DNA from: Utricularia gibba
Lineage: Eukaryota > Plantae > Magnoliophyta
Length of the DNA: 64,000 nt
NCBI GenBank assembly: GCA_002189035.1
Contig: NEEC01000002.1
Location: 6,572,001 to 6,636,000, forward strand
Reading direction: 5' to 3'
The notes under the pieces are model-generated. The model was given only the letters and a program-made list of their open reading frames with translations. It made no database searches and was not told the DNA's origin. Positions 12,433 through 25,139 of this stretch are shown here, one piece after another (within the stretch, counting starts at the first letter, position 1; each line of letters begins with the position of its first letter). The translations under genes were made by a program, and so were the position numbers.

Positions 12433-14140
12433 ATGGAGTTGGATGAGGGTCGAGGGGGTAGTCGGAGACGGAAGACGTTTGATGAGTTGTCCATGGAGAG
12501 AAGCAAGGGCTTCGTTACGGCATTGCAGGTGTGATTCTTTTGATTTTAGATTGAAATCGCATGATTGGGATTTGGTGCTTCGATAGGCGTTATGTTTCTA
12601 CAGTTAGTGTTCTGGGATGGGCTCTGCCCTCTGCTTTATTAGCTGACAGTTCCTTTGTATTGTGTATCCATCCAATGGATAGGAACTCAAGAACCTCCAG
12701 CCGCAACTATACTCGGCTGCCGAGTACTGTGAAATGTCTTATTTTAATAGTGAGGAGAAAAAATCGTAAGCCGTTTTGCTGATTTTTCTGGTTGAATTTT
12801 GTTGAAATTGGATCAAATTTGTATTGCCTGCATGAACAGAGAAGAGTTAAGGTTTTAGTGATGTCAGTGACGTTCCTTGATATTGATTTTGTTGTCTTGT
12901 CTTGTCCTTTTCTCTTGCATACGTTTGGATGAATTCTACTCAAAAGCACTGACAGCCAATGGAAGTTGTGTTGTATGGGCGCTTTTGTTTTTACTTCAGC
13001 GTTCATCCTCTATGTTTTATTTGATCAAAGGGTTCTGGAAAACCTTAAAGATTATACGGTGAGAGCGGTAGTGAATGCAGTTGACCATCTTGGTACCGTT
13101 GCTTTTAAGTTGTGCGATATTTTGGACCAGAAGACAATGGAGGTCTCATCCATGGAGCTGAAAGTATCTCACTTGAACCAGGTATCGTTCAGTAATGATG
13201 AACTTAAAATGAAGATTGGAAACCTGGCTGACTGATTCTTTTTTTCTTCTTACTTTTTGTGTGCTAGCAACTTTTTACCTGCCAAACATACATGGATAAA
13301 GAAGGTCTTCGGCAACAGCAAATAGTAGCTATCATTCCAAGGAATCGCAAGCATTATATGCTGCCTAGTAAGTCCCAGACTAACTTTTCTTCAGAAGGTT
13401 ATGTTTACTGCTCTCAATTGCTTTTCTCTTCCATTTGCTAGATTCGGTGAATAAGGAGCATTTTAGCCCCCGTGTACAGACTAATCCTAGGCGACCTGCA
13501 CAAGCAAAAACGAACATTTCTCAATCAGGTGGAAATTTTTTCATACATGGTTATGCACAGTGACCTACATTTTTTTGTTGATTTATTTGACACTGTATTT
13601 AGGTTCTGTTGCATCTCTATCATGGCACTTGGCATCAGAGTCGAAGTCTTCCTCCAGAATCTCATCACACGAAAAGAGTTCCGGTGCATTTAATCTCTTG
13701 CCATATCTCTACCTTCATGTTGACAAGTCTTCTATCATATACGCTGCTGTTGTTGCACATGATTTATCTTTCTCTTTTTTCCTGCTTGAAGCTGAAGTCA
13801 CCTGGATGAAACCTGAAGCACCCCCCCTGTGCAACAGCAGACGCTTAGAGATGCCACCAAAAGAGTAAGGCCCCAATACCCTGCATGGATCCTCTTTATT
13901 ATCTCAATATTGCGAACTGCTTGCTTCCATTGTGCCCCTTCCACATAAACCTCTCGATCCCAAGCCATTTCTGTTGCAGGAATTGCTCGAATCCTCAAAA
14001 GCTTTAACCGGTACCAGGACTTTCATCCCCCTGCGAACCGAGAGGTGTCACCTTCACCTGCTCGAAGCAGGAGCATGCTTTCAGCCCTCTTTGTGAAGCA
14101 GAAGACACACACAGTGAAGAAAAACATGAGTCACTGGTGA
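12433..14140 (+). CDS. ABIL1: Protein ABIL1-like (SCAR/WAVE complex ABI subunit), multi-exon
   Basis: Spliced: TFDELSMERSKGFVTALQ/ELKNLQPQLYSAAEYCE, VLENLKDYTVRAVVNAVDHLGTVA, DKEGLRQQQIVAIIPRNRKHYMLP, RSRSMLSALFVKQKT...-stop. Confidence 0.88.
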
Positions 14141-14560
14141 ACACTTGTTCAATCCTTCTACTCAACATTTTGCTCCATTTCATTAGTTCTGATTGGTGCC
14201 CCCAACTTGACCTGTTGCCATGCCATCTCTTCATTTAGCCATTGAGGTATTACACTTCAGTTGGTTTTAGCTTTTGGCAGTTGTTGTTGATGCAGAAGCA
14301 AAATATTAATTTGTTATATTGTTTTTTTTTCTTAAAAATAGTATTTTATTTTATTTATTTTTTTCTTTTACATGGTGATACATCTCAGCTGAAACAATTC
14401 CAAGGCCCAATAACGGAAATGGGCTTACGGAGTGGAAACCCAACTAAAATGGAATATATTCCACGTGAGAGACGTCAACACTTGTTCCTCCTCATTTCGT
14501 GATAGATAGAAGAGCAGGAAGACAGAATCTCAGGAGGAAAACCTAAAACGATCTCTCGCC

Positions 14561-15310
14561 ATGCCGAAGAACAAGGGCAAGGGAGGTAAGAATCGGAAGA
14601 GGGGAAAGAACGAGGCTGATGATGAGAAGCGAGAGCTCGTATTTAAGGAAGACGGCCAGGAGTATGCGCAGGTTCTCCGTATGCTCGGGAATGGCCGCTG
14701 CGAAGCCATGTGCATCGACGGCGTCAAGCGCTTGTGCCACATCCGTGGAAAGATGCATAAGAAGGTTTGGATAGCCGCCGGTGATATCATCCTCGTTGGC
14801 CTCCGGGATTATCAAGTACGTTTTCTTGTTCACCAGATTTTTTTTTTCTAGGGTTTCGGTTGATTTCTTTACTCGTGTAATTAATTGTCCCCCGTGCTTC
14901 TCCGTAATTGACTGGAATTTAATGCTAAGCTTTCAACATGAATTCGATTTTGTGCGCCTAGATGTTGAACGCGAAATATTAGATTTTTCGGGTATCCTTC
15001 CTGTTTTTGGAGACTTCCTATGTATCCCTTCGTGTGAGGTTTCTGTTGTGAAGTGTATAGCTACTGATTACCAAAGTTTTATCATGAATTTCATTGCTGG
15101 TCCTGACGACTTTTGATTCCCTACCAGGATGACAAGGCCGATGTGATCTTGAAGTACATGCCAGACGAAGCAAGATTGTTGAAGGCATACTCCGAGCTCC
15201 CAGAAAACACTAGGCTCAACGAGGGTATTGCCGGGGGGCTCGACGAGGAAGACGACGGCCCCAGTGATGATTACATCGAATTCGAGGATGAGGACATCAA
15301 CAAGCTCTAG
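14561..15310 (+). CDS. eIF1A: Eukaryotic translation initiation factor 1A, 2 exons
   Basis: [38 protein letters not shown]...[16 protein letters not shown]...acidic tail. Confidence 0.97.
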
Positions 15311-15808
15311 ACATCAACCCCCTGATGAGATGATGCCCCCCTCTCATGCTTCAGTTACTATACTCATAATTCTCCTTACCCGGAGCTGTTCTAGACGCGT
15401 AGCTTGATCTCAAGACACGTTTGTTGCTTTCCAAGGCTGCTGCCCGTTCCCTTTCCTTCAATGTTCTTCTCTTACTGTCATTGTCCGAATGCTATTGATA
15501 TGCTTTGTTTGAGAGCCATTGTGTGTTGTGTTCCGACACTCTGGTTGTGTCCTGGTAAAAAATTAAATAAATCATAAATTCAAAAACAAAGGAAGCATAT
15601 TCCCGAATACGAAGAAAGGAACTCTGGTTGCTACATCTTCCCAAGCTCTTCGCGCTGGCGAAGGTAGCAGTGGCGAAGAAAGGTTTCTTCCCAAGGGATT
15701 TATTCCACTACTGCGGCATGGCAGCTATGAAGTCAGGCAAAAGAAACATATAGACAGCAAATGTTTTCAATAAGTATCTGCTTGGAACTCCATTCTAGCG
15801 ATCAAGGA

Positions 15809-18156
15809 TCAGTCCGAGATCCTGATCTCTACCCCCATCAACTCCTTCATTTGTTCATACGTCACGAAGGCGATCGCGATCGACGGAACAACCTGGATGA
15901 AGAATGAAGAGTGAGCAGCAAATTAGCAACGGCTGATGAGAAGAACAAACATAGATACATACATAAGCCATGGAGGAATGTTGGTGGATAGGACACTACT
16001 GACCTTCACACAGTTAGGCATCAGGCCCTTGTACAATGCTCTGAAGCCTTCGTGCCTCACTGTTTTTCTGAAAGCGTCGACCATGCCGGTGTACTCTAAG
16101 GATGCGTGGCTTCTGCCATCGCCAGTGATGACTGAAGAAGCATGAGTCCATCCAACCATCTGCATTCTTCGGCGGATGACATCTAGGGGGTAGGAAACGG
16201 TCTGTCCAATGGTTCCTGCCACGGCTCCACATCCTAGACGTGTCACAACACTCAGTTCCTTGTTTTCAGCAACACCGTAGGGGTTTGATGTGATCAACCA
16301 GTCCTTGAGTGACTCATAGACTGCAAAGTTTAGCCCCACGTACGGAATCTGCACATATGGGTGGCACGTTGTAATGTCTCTCAAGATACAAACATTATGC
16401 GGCTCTTTTAAGGAGATCATTTTCCAGCATACTTGTAAAAAAAAAAAAAAAACAGCGCAGTCTAGAAAATAAATGCTTTCGGCAGATTTAATCAGGTTAT
16501 TCAACGTAATGTGAGAGACTAGCAGCAAAGATGCAAAGTGCGTTCATCCAAGAATGACGGAATAATCTAAGACATTTCAGGACCATGAGGTTACTGCTTT
16601 TTTAAAATTGTTCAAAAACTTACAACTCCAATAACAGAAGGAAGCCAACCCTTGTACAGTGCGCGGAAGCCTTCTTCACGGAGCACAGTAGATAAAGCAT
16701 GACACATCCCTCTGTACTGATAAGGGGAACTCTCTGTCTGTAACCGAAAAAATAAAAGACCTTTACTAGTCGTGAAATGCTATATTATAAAGGTGCAAAA
16801 AATGACAATGGTTTCACAGCAGACCTGCACAGTAAGCCTGCCCCTAACCATGTCCATTGGGTAAGTAGCAGACATCGCTATTATTCCGGCACAAGCTCCA
16901 GCCCCAAGGCGTAATACAGGAGTCAGTTGAGCATCATCTACAAGAAAGGGATAGGTTGAATTGTCAGCAGTGCCCAGTTTTGTACACTCTAGGCTGTTTT
17001 AATCCTACATATTCACTGCCAAAAAAACATCCAAATTGAAATAAAGCACCACATCCAGACATATCTTTAGTAAAGAATAAAAGCCCTTTTAGGCCAACAG
17101 TCAGAGTTTTAGGTTATTCTCGGAGGAAAAAATAATTAGATTTAACTGATATTAGCCATCATGAAATCAAGGCATACCGTTGCCAGTTCTTTTCTGGTAA
17201 AAATACAATAAACCCCTGAAACATCGAATACAGGCAGTTAGTCATCAAACATGTACATGCCAGATCTTTAAAAAAAAGAATCTCATAAGAAAATAATGCC
17301 AGTGCTCATTATATCTAGTAATGCTTATCCTGAAAACATAGACATGATTAGCAACAACAATAAGAAAACATCAAATGAAACTTTTTTTAATGAATAACGC
17401 ATATCATTGTTGGCCATACTTGGACGCTTGCTCATAGCTGAAGAACTTTACTGCTGAATTTGGCACAATACGAGCACAGTTTGTGCCATTACCCTTGAAT
17501 AATCCACGGAACCCCTCAGTTCTCCATATGTACTTCAAACCTTGGATAGTTCCATTGTACTTTATACTATGAGGGTTCTGGACCTGATAGGCAGTAGTAC
17601 AAAACACAGCTAAGATTCTATTGAGGCGACCATCCTTCATTTCTACTTCCCATATGAAGAAAAAAACCTACAAAAGAAACACCACAAGACTACACTAACC
17701 TGAAGCAGGATTTTAAGGCGCTCTAAAGGAGCTACAGCAGTCCTGGACCTGGAATACAGCGCAGAAGCTGAATCTCGGGACACAAGGTATTCAAAATAAA
17801 GGATTAAACTATCAATTCAACCTTCAAATCAGCAACCTTTATTTCCAAATACGAAAGAATATGCAAGATAAAAAAAAACGAAAAAGAAGTTCTTCCACTA
17901 TGAAACAAGACGACGACAATCCCCATCATCGCAACTACCATCGAATCATACGCCACTTCATAAAAAAAACACGCTTAAATTCAGAACAAAGAAACACTCA
18001 CACGGCACCAGCAACACCTCCCGCGATGAGAGACTTAGTGATACTCAACAGCTGATGTTGAATAGGTTTGATTTCCTCCTTACTAAGTTTCGCCTCCTCA
18101 GCAAAATTAACAATCTGAGACACTGCCGATTCCGTCTTTACATCCTCCGACGCCAT
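15809..18156 (-). CDS. ADNT1: Mitochondrial adenine nucleotide transporter ADNT1 (mitochondrial carrier family), 8 exons
   Basis: MASEDVKTESAVSQIVNFAEEAK, SRTAVAPLERLKILLQ, GNGTNCARIVPNSAVKFFSYEQ, YPMDMVRGRLTVQ, YPLDVIRRRMQM, GVEIRISD-stop; three PX(D/E)XX(K/R) carrier signatures. Confidence 0.95.
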
Positions 18157-19113
18157 GAACACTACCGCCGCCCAGACTCAAAAACAAATGAATCAACCGC
18201 AGAACGGACTGCCGAAAAAAAAAACAACCAAACCTAGGAAAACAATACACCTCCGTAGTCCTCGAGCGGCGGCAGGAGCGCCGACGGAAGCGTTTACCGG
18301 AGATGCCAAGGATCGGAAACCTGGACAAAGATTCCAGTGAGTGTGTCGCAGCAACGTCTGCGAGTAAAGTTTTCCCAAGGGTTTTTATATCGACGGCCGG
18401 CTTCTGTGGCTGACTCAGCCACTTGCCCTTCGCCAAAATAACTGTACACGTCAGCTTGGATAAGCTTGGCGTATTTGGTGCAATTATTATTATAATATTA
18501 AAGTTTTCAACTCATTGTTATTTCTGGTCCATAATTTTTGTGAAATTTAATTAAAATCCTTATACCATTTCTTGAGTTCTTGAAAACTCCGTATCGTTAA
18601 TATTTGTCTCACCATTGGTTATAGGTTCGAATTTGATTTTGATATCAAATATAACAAATTATCATCTTATTATATGATATTGTGTATTACGTTCATTGTA
18701 TATTATTTTAAAAAATATATACTTATTTTTTAGTTTTAAAATTTTACATTTAAATTACAAAAATAATTACAGTATGTACCCCGGTTTGTACTTTTTCTCC
18801 AAAGGTACAACCTTTTCTTATTTCCTTTAGATAAGATGCTGGTGAGTGTCATCTGGTATAAAGCACAAAAAGCAACAGAAGCAAAACTTATTGTTTGAGA
18901 TCAGTAGCAGCCACAGGCCAAACTGGGAGATGGGGCAAGTAGCCGATGCTGGTCTACAGTTTTACAGACAAAGAATTCGAGAAAACCACCAAAACACAAC
19001 ACATCTTACAGATACTTGTGCACCCCTTTCTTTCTCTGATATGGATGCTAGAGCATTGTAGAAGACACGGGAAAGTTTCCCAGAAGCCGGTGGTATACTG
19101 CGGAGCTGCGGAT

Positions 19114-21072
19114 CTATGGCTGTGATGGTATGGGGGACGACGGGGGCTTGTAATCAGGGTACTGAAAGCATGTAAAAAGGGTTAGAAGATGAATGCTGCT
19201 AATCTTTTGTATGCACAACCTTGGATGAAAGTAGCTGCATTGAAGAAATGGTGTCCCTTTACCAGGCATGCTACTTTATCAACTCACATGGGGAATGAGC
19301 AGGCATATTCATAGAGCGTGATGAGAGAGCGTCAATGGAAAAAGGGATGATGAAGAAACTTACATTGGGGTAGGGGGAAAGTGATTGTCTGAGTTCTGAG
19401 ATGGATTCTTCTTGTACGCCTTCTTTGGGGACAGAGTTCACTGGTGATACTGGTTCTGGAGCTGCTTCTGGTGGAGCACTATTTGATTCGGCCTCCGGAA
19501 CAGCATCTGAAGGGGCAGGTAGGGCCTTGCCAACAATGGGAGAGGGAAGGAGAGATTTTCCTATTTGCTGAATAGCGAGACAATCACATTTGTTAGATCA
19601 GTTGCAAGATCCAGCTGATAATGTGAAGCACAGTACCTGTATGTCTCCAACAAGCTCCTTTGCAGCCACTTTTGTGTTCAAGAAATCTTCAAACTCTTGT
19701 ACTGTTTGTTTCCTATCCTGTAAAAACAAAATGGAGTTTTCGGTGGGTTGATTGTTGCCTCAACTAGGGACAATGATTCACAAACCTCTGCAAAAAGGAC
19801 TTTTTTCCCTATAAATTGAACCAGAGCAACTGATCCCAGAATTTGCAGTAGTATTTCCACCTGAAGATTTTAGAGAAGACAGTGTAATTTTTAAGGCAAA
19901 ACCATGAAGATATTGAAGAAGGAACTCTAATGCACATCATTCTAAACCTCTGAAAAAGCTAGTAATCCAATTCCAGCAGCTGCTGCAACACCAAGAGCGA
20001 TAGGCACAGCCTCACTACTCTCCTGCAGAAAGTTCAAAAACGAAATCTAGTTCCAGTTTCCCAACAAATACAATTTATCATTCGGAGGAAATGTCCATGA
20101 AGTGAGAAATTTTACCCCGAGTGAACTCGTCAAAGCTCTGAGATCTAGGCTCAACCCCTTCTTCGGAAGTAACCAAGGTAGGTCACTGTTCTGGAAAAGT
20201 TAAAAGCATCTTCAGATAGGAATGTTCAAAAAAAGATGAATTATCTGTGCAACGATGTTCTGTCAACCTTCCATCCCTTTGATCCTTCAGCTCCATCTCT
20301 TACAGCATAAGCAGCTTTGAACCCATTAGCAGTTACCAACTCAGCTACAAGTTCAGAGTTTCCATCAAATCTGGCTTCATCGCAACTTGATAGAGTAAGT
20401 AACCAGAACATGAAACTCAAAGGCATAAAAATGATGCATGGTGGAATCTTACTTGTCCAAAATGAACAACGTAGTGTTTTCCGGTTCCTTAAACCTCAAA
20501 GAGAGTTTTTTCAAGAATCCTGGCTTGTCTTCTCCTTTGTACACAATAGCAACGGGTTTTTTCTTCAAACCAGAGAGATCAGGGGTCCCCGACTCACTTA
20601 AATCTCCGGGTGTTCTTATGTCAAGCAATTGTGCATTGGCATCATCGCTCAACTTGGCATAAGCATTTCTGGCACTCTCAACGCCCCAGTTTCTGGGCTT
20701 GCCCAAAAGCTGAGACACCAACAGCGGCACCGCAAGAACAGCAACTCCGCCCGCAACAATTAGAGGGTTCTCCACCGCAAAGGTGGTGAAATTTTCAACA
20801 CCCGTGAAATCAAAATCCGAGACAGGGGAGTTCAATGGTTGCTGAAGGGCTTCTTCATACGTCAAGGCTTTAGCTGTTTCAGAACCCAGCAGCGAAGACA
20901 GAAGAGCTAAACCCCCATGAAGGCATCTCGAAACCGCAAACGAATTCCTAAAACCGAGAAAACTTTGATTCCTGAAATGGGGAAGTGCAGATTGAGAAGA
21001 AGCCTTTCTGGGGTCCGTCCCTTTGGGAAGAACCGATAATCTAGTCAAGGCAGCCGCATTAAGGGTCTCCAT
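19114..21072 (-). CDS. STR4: Rhodanese-like domain-containing protein 4, chloroplastic (TROL), multi-exon
   Basis: [10 protein letters not shown] transit peptide, [22 protein letters not shown], one TM segment, C-terminal [24 protein letters not shown]-stop (FNR-binding tail type). Confidence 0.92.
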
Positions 21073-21369
21073 TGACAACTTCTCAAGCTCTCAAACAAGC
21101 ATTCTACGGAGTGATTTGTACTTGCAGCCCTCAACCGATAGCTCCCTCTCCAATGGCTGCAATTCTGCCAGTACCCAGTGTGATCTTCGAACAATGTTGG
21201 TGGTGGCGCTGAGACTAAATGTAGAGAATCCCAATCGCATTAAGCCACCTGGCACCGGCATCCTGATCAGAAACCGTTTGTGTGGCTGAGATTACTCCCG
21301 GTACTACACCGGTACGTACCCAAATAGAAGGAAAAGAAATGCAGTATAAACTGTACGATACTAACAAAT

Positions 21370-21391
21370 AGGCCCAATTATTATTGGGCCT
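21370..21391. promoter_or_regulatory. Inverted pair of site II (TGGGCY) motifs in the TROL promoter
   Basis: AGGCCCAAT-tatt-ATTGGGCCT, 9 bp perfect inverted arms, about 300 bp upstream of the TROL ATG. Confidence 0.5.
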
Positions 21392-21485
21392 TTTATTGGA
21401 CTTCAAATGCTTATTGGACCCATCTTATTACATGTGATTTCTGTCCGAACACCAAAGAATGTTCTAGAGTCTGTGTAGACTACTG

Positions 21486-24400
21486 CTACTTGGACCATGC
21501 AACGCTATCGATCTCTGCTTGAGCAGCTCTGTAGAGTTCCAGTCTCTTCGCAAGGGAGCTGCGCCGCTGCATAACCGCCGGATCTTCGTCTAAAAGCTTG
21601 CTCAACTGCTTGCTCTGTGGAGGATTTTTGTGAACAGAATCAGTTGCTACCTCGATCGGAGGTAGATTCGATCAATCGAGCAGAATGCAGAGATGTTCGT
21701 TACCTCTTTCTTTCCGAGCTCTGCGAAGAAGAAATCGAGGAGGCTGCGTTTCGCCTCACGGACCTGGCAATACACGATGGACTTGGGAATAGAGTTTCTC
21801 ATGCCGCTGCAGACCATGTTCACGTAGGACAGAACATTTGATCCTGTTGGAAGGCCAATGGAGATACAGCTTCATTATGGAGAGGTGAATCCTGGTATTC
21901 AGAGAGAGCATGGTTCTTGACCTATTCGTCGGAGATAGGAATCGTTGTATCTGTCGAAAATGGAATGCGTTGGGTTCCCCCCTTTCTCCACATCCTGTGG
22001 GAGCTTCCTGAAGAAATCAACCGTCAAGTAGCTGCACTCCATTTCTACTAATTGCAGAGTAGCCCTTCTGCTTTCTTCCTTCATCCTGTTCAAGGAATCA
22101 GTGGCTGCATTTCCAACCTCCGCCTTCAGGGAGGGATACTGCTTCAACTCCTGCACCCAATGGAGGCAAGCATTATGTCACCTGCATCCTCCTCGTAGAA
22201 AAACAAAAGCAGGCGAGATGGAGTGAAAATGAACTTCACCATGGTCTCAGCAATTGACTTATGAACCAGTTCCCTCAGTATTCCATGAACCTGGTGACAC
22301 AGAGTTACAGAATAGCTCTTACAGAGAAAAGAACATCTTGGAAACTCAGGGAGTCTAGCAAAATGAGTACCGCTTCGACGGCTGTTTCAGCAGGGCCCTT
22401 GATGGTAATCAGGGCGGTTTCGATGAGGCGGCGGTAGCCCTGCTCTGGGGCTATAAGATGAGGTTGATACCCATCAGCTTCGGTTATCAGCTTTCTGACA
22501 TTCTCCATGGTAAGATGCTTATCAAACTGCAAGCGTTTCAGAGCAGCAGGGAGCTGGGTATCAAAGACATTGTATATCTTATCACCTCCAGGACGTCTGT
22601 AGGAGGAGAGAGATGCGTATGAATCATACGCAGTAAAGAAGAAGGTATAACAGCAAGTCCAAACTGCATACATTCCATCAAGATGCTCTTTGAACACCCC
22701 ATCGAATATCCGGCAGATCTCCATGATCATGTACAGTTTTCCCTGGTGAGGCAGAAGGTACAATGAAGTAACATAAACATCACATGGAAAAGGGGAAAGT
22801 GCTCACTCACTCCAGCATCATTAGCAATCGGCTTTCCCAGACGACTCAACTCAGTTTCTAGCTCGATGATGGTTTTACTGATGAGTGACTGAAGGCCTGG
22901 GATTCGAGACTTGATCACCGTTTCCAAATGCTGGAGTGGAAGAGCAAAGCAAAGTAAGAGTATTCATTACATGGGGTGTGCTGATAAAGCATAGGTTTTT
23001 GCTTACATGGGATAGAACCTTCCCCAGATGTTCAGAACCCATTCTGTAGGCAAGGTGTTTGTACTCCGGGGTTTGAGCAAAGTACTCCCTTTCTCTGCGC
23101 CTGGCGGCAATCATGTCAACATTTTTGTTGATATCAGCTTGGGAACGATTAACAACTCCAATCCATGGAAACTGCAGCTTGTATGCTCTTCCTTCAAGGA
23201 TCTACAGTTGACCATGAAAAGGAGATACTGGCAAAGAGACACAGAAACACCAGGTTAATTTTCTTTACTGATCATCTTACGTCTACAGCATCTGTTCCCT
23301 GGTCCATAAGATCAATCTTTGTTAGAACCCCAAAGGTCCTTTCTCCTGAAAAGATTCAAAAGGAGCAACATAAAGATCCTGTGCAAGAATCCTTAAAAGT
23401 CAATGAAGGTGTAGTGCCTTTCGGATCAACTTCACGGGAGATCTTAATAGCATCAGATGTAGCCAGGTCTTGATTTGCAGGAGAAACTGCCAATATGATG
23501 CAGTTTGGCTGCAACAGTTTTTTACAGGAACAAGTTCAAGTAATTGACCAGAATGAACTTTTTGAACCACAATGCAGAAGGTACGTGCCTTTTCAATGAA
23601 AGACCGCACCATGTTCTCAATGTCAGCTACTATGCTTTCCGACTGGCCCTCTGCCATTCAATCATTCTATCAGTTGGCAGCTCTTCAGGAGGATGAATGA
23701 AGGGCGAGATAGATGATAGATATCTCACCAACAGCCACTTTTGTAAGCCCAGGAAGATCAATCAGTGTGAGGTTGACGACTGCAGTTGTGAAGCAGAAAA
23801 CAGATTACTTCAAGTAACAGATGCTTCTGATCACATGGCATACTCACCATTTGGAGAATAGATGCTGAGATAAATAGGTACACTTGATATCTGCTTGCTT
23901 CGTCCTGTCTCCCTGTCAGTCTCATCAGTTATTTCCTTCCTCACAGCAGCTATTCAAAGCAGCAGTCTCAGATATGAGAGCATGAAATCCATCAACTGAA
24001 ACCTCAGGAAACAACTTCCCTGAACACTCAAACGCCGTGGAATCCAAGATACTCACCAAAGTCAGTCAATCTCCTTCTAGGAAGATGTCCAAACTCTGCG
24101 TACTCTTTACCTTCATCAATCCTATGCAGCTGTAAGACGAGGGGACGGCGAGTTACAATACCTGAGGCCAACAAACAGACAGAGTTTGGAACTTGATGTT
24201 TCTGGATATCCAAGAAATCACTTCAGAAGTTTGGATACACACCTGATCCGCGAGGCAGAAAGTCCTTCCCCACAACGCTTTCCAAAACAGACGACTTCCC
24301 AGAGCTCTGGAGACCAAATCTCTTGTATTAATCATGATGCATATGGAGGGAAATCAGCAGTTCCATTAATGAAGAAAGCTTTACCCGATCAGCCACATGG

Positions 24401-24536
24401 ACCATACCTGGCCACCGACGACGGCGATCGAGGGAAGTGCATCCCACAATGTGGGCAGTGCCTTTTCTCCGCCGTGATCCCCAAGCGCAGTGCATGCTCT
24501 CTGGAGTCGGTTTATCAGCGGTATCAGGTTCTCCAT
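21486..24536 (-). CDS. DRP1A: Dynamin-related protein 1A (phragmoplastin), multi-exon
   Basis: [23 protein letters not shown]1 [35 protein letters not shown] region ending EIDSVAWSK-stop. Confidence 0.95.
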
Positions 24537-25139
24537 CTCGAGTCTCAGATCAGAATCGGGGTTCTTTGTGGAACATCCGGAGTGGAAATACAGATACTCT
24601 CCTCTCTAAACACTCATTTTGCCTGATCGCGTTCTGGGTTGATACAAGATCGTGAAAATGGATCAAGAAATAGCTGCAGGAGATCAATGCGGACAACAAA
24701 ATGAGGGTGGCTGGTATCTGTTGCCGAGGAATATTGAAACGTTCAAGACCGTTTCCTCGTAGGTAGTTAACTGACGGTCGGCGTGGCGTCGTGCTCGTTC
24801 TTCTCTAACTTCAGGTACAATTTTTTCCCCAACAAGAAGCTTCAAAAATAAAACAAATGGCATCGGACAGATGCCCAGATCGGTCCATCTAACTGACTGT
24901 CTCCCCCGTTTTTCAGGGCGCTGTGCTAAAGCCGTTACTTGGGGAGATGAAGAAGACATTGAACAAGGAGAAGAAGCTTCCTTTCATGGAACTCGGGTAT
25001 GTATAAACGTGAGATTCATATCTATTGTTCATGAACGATCCTGCAACAGCTTCAGGTTTCCATCAGCAGCTTATGTACAAGCACCCAATTGATGGGATCG
25101 AAATGGGATTCATCATATGTAAACGAAACAGTACGCGCA

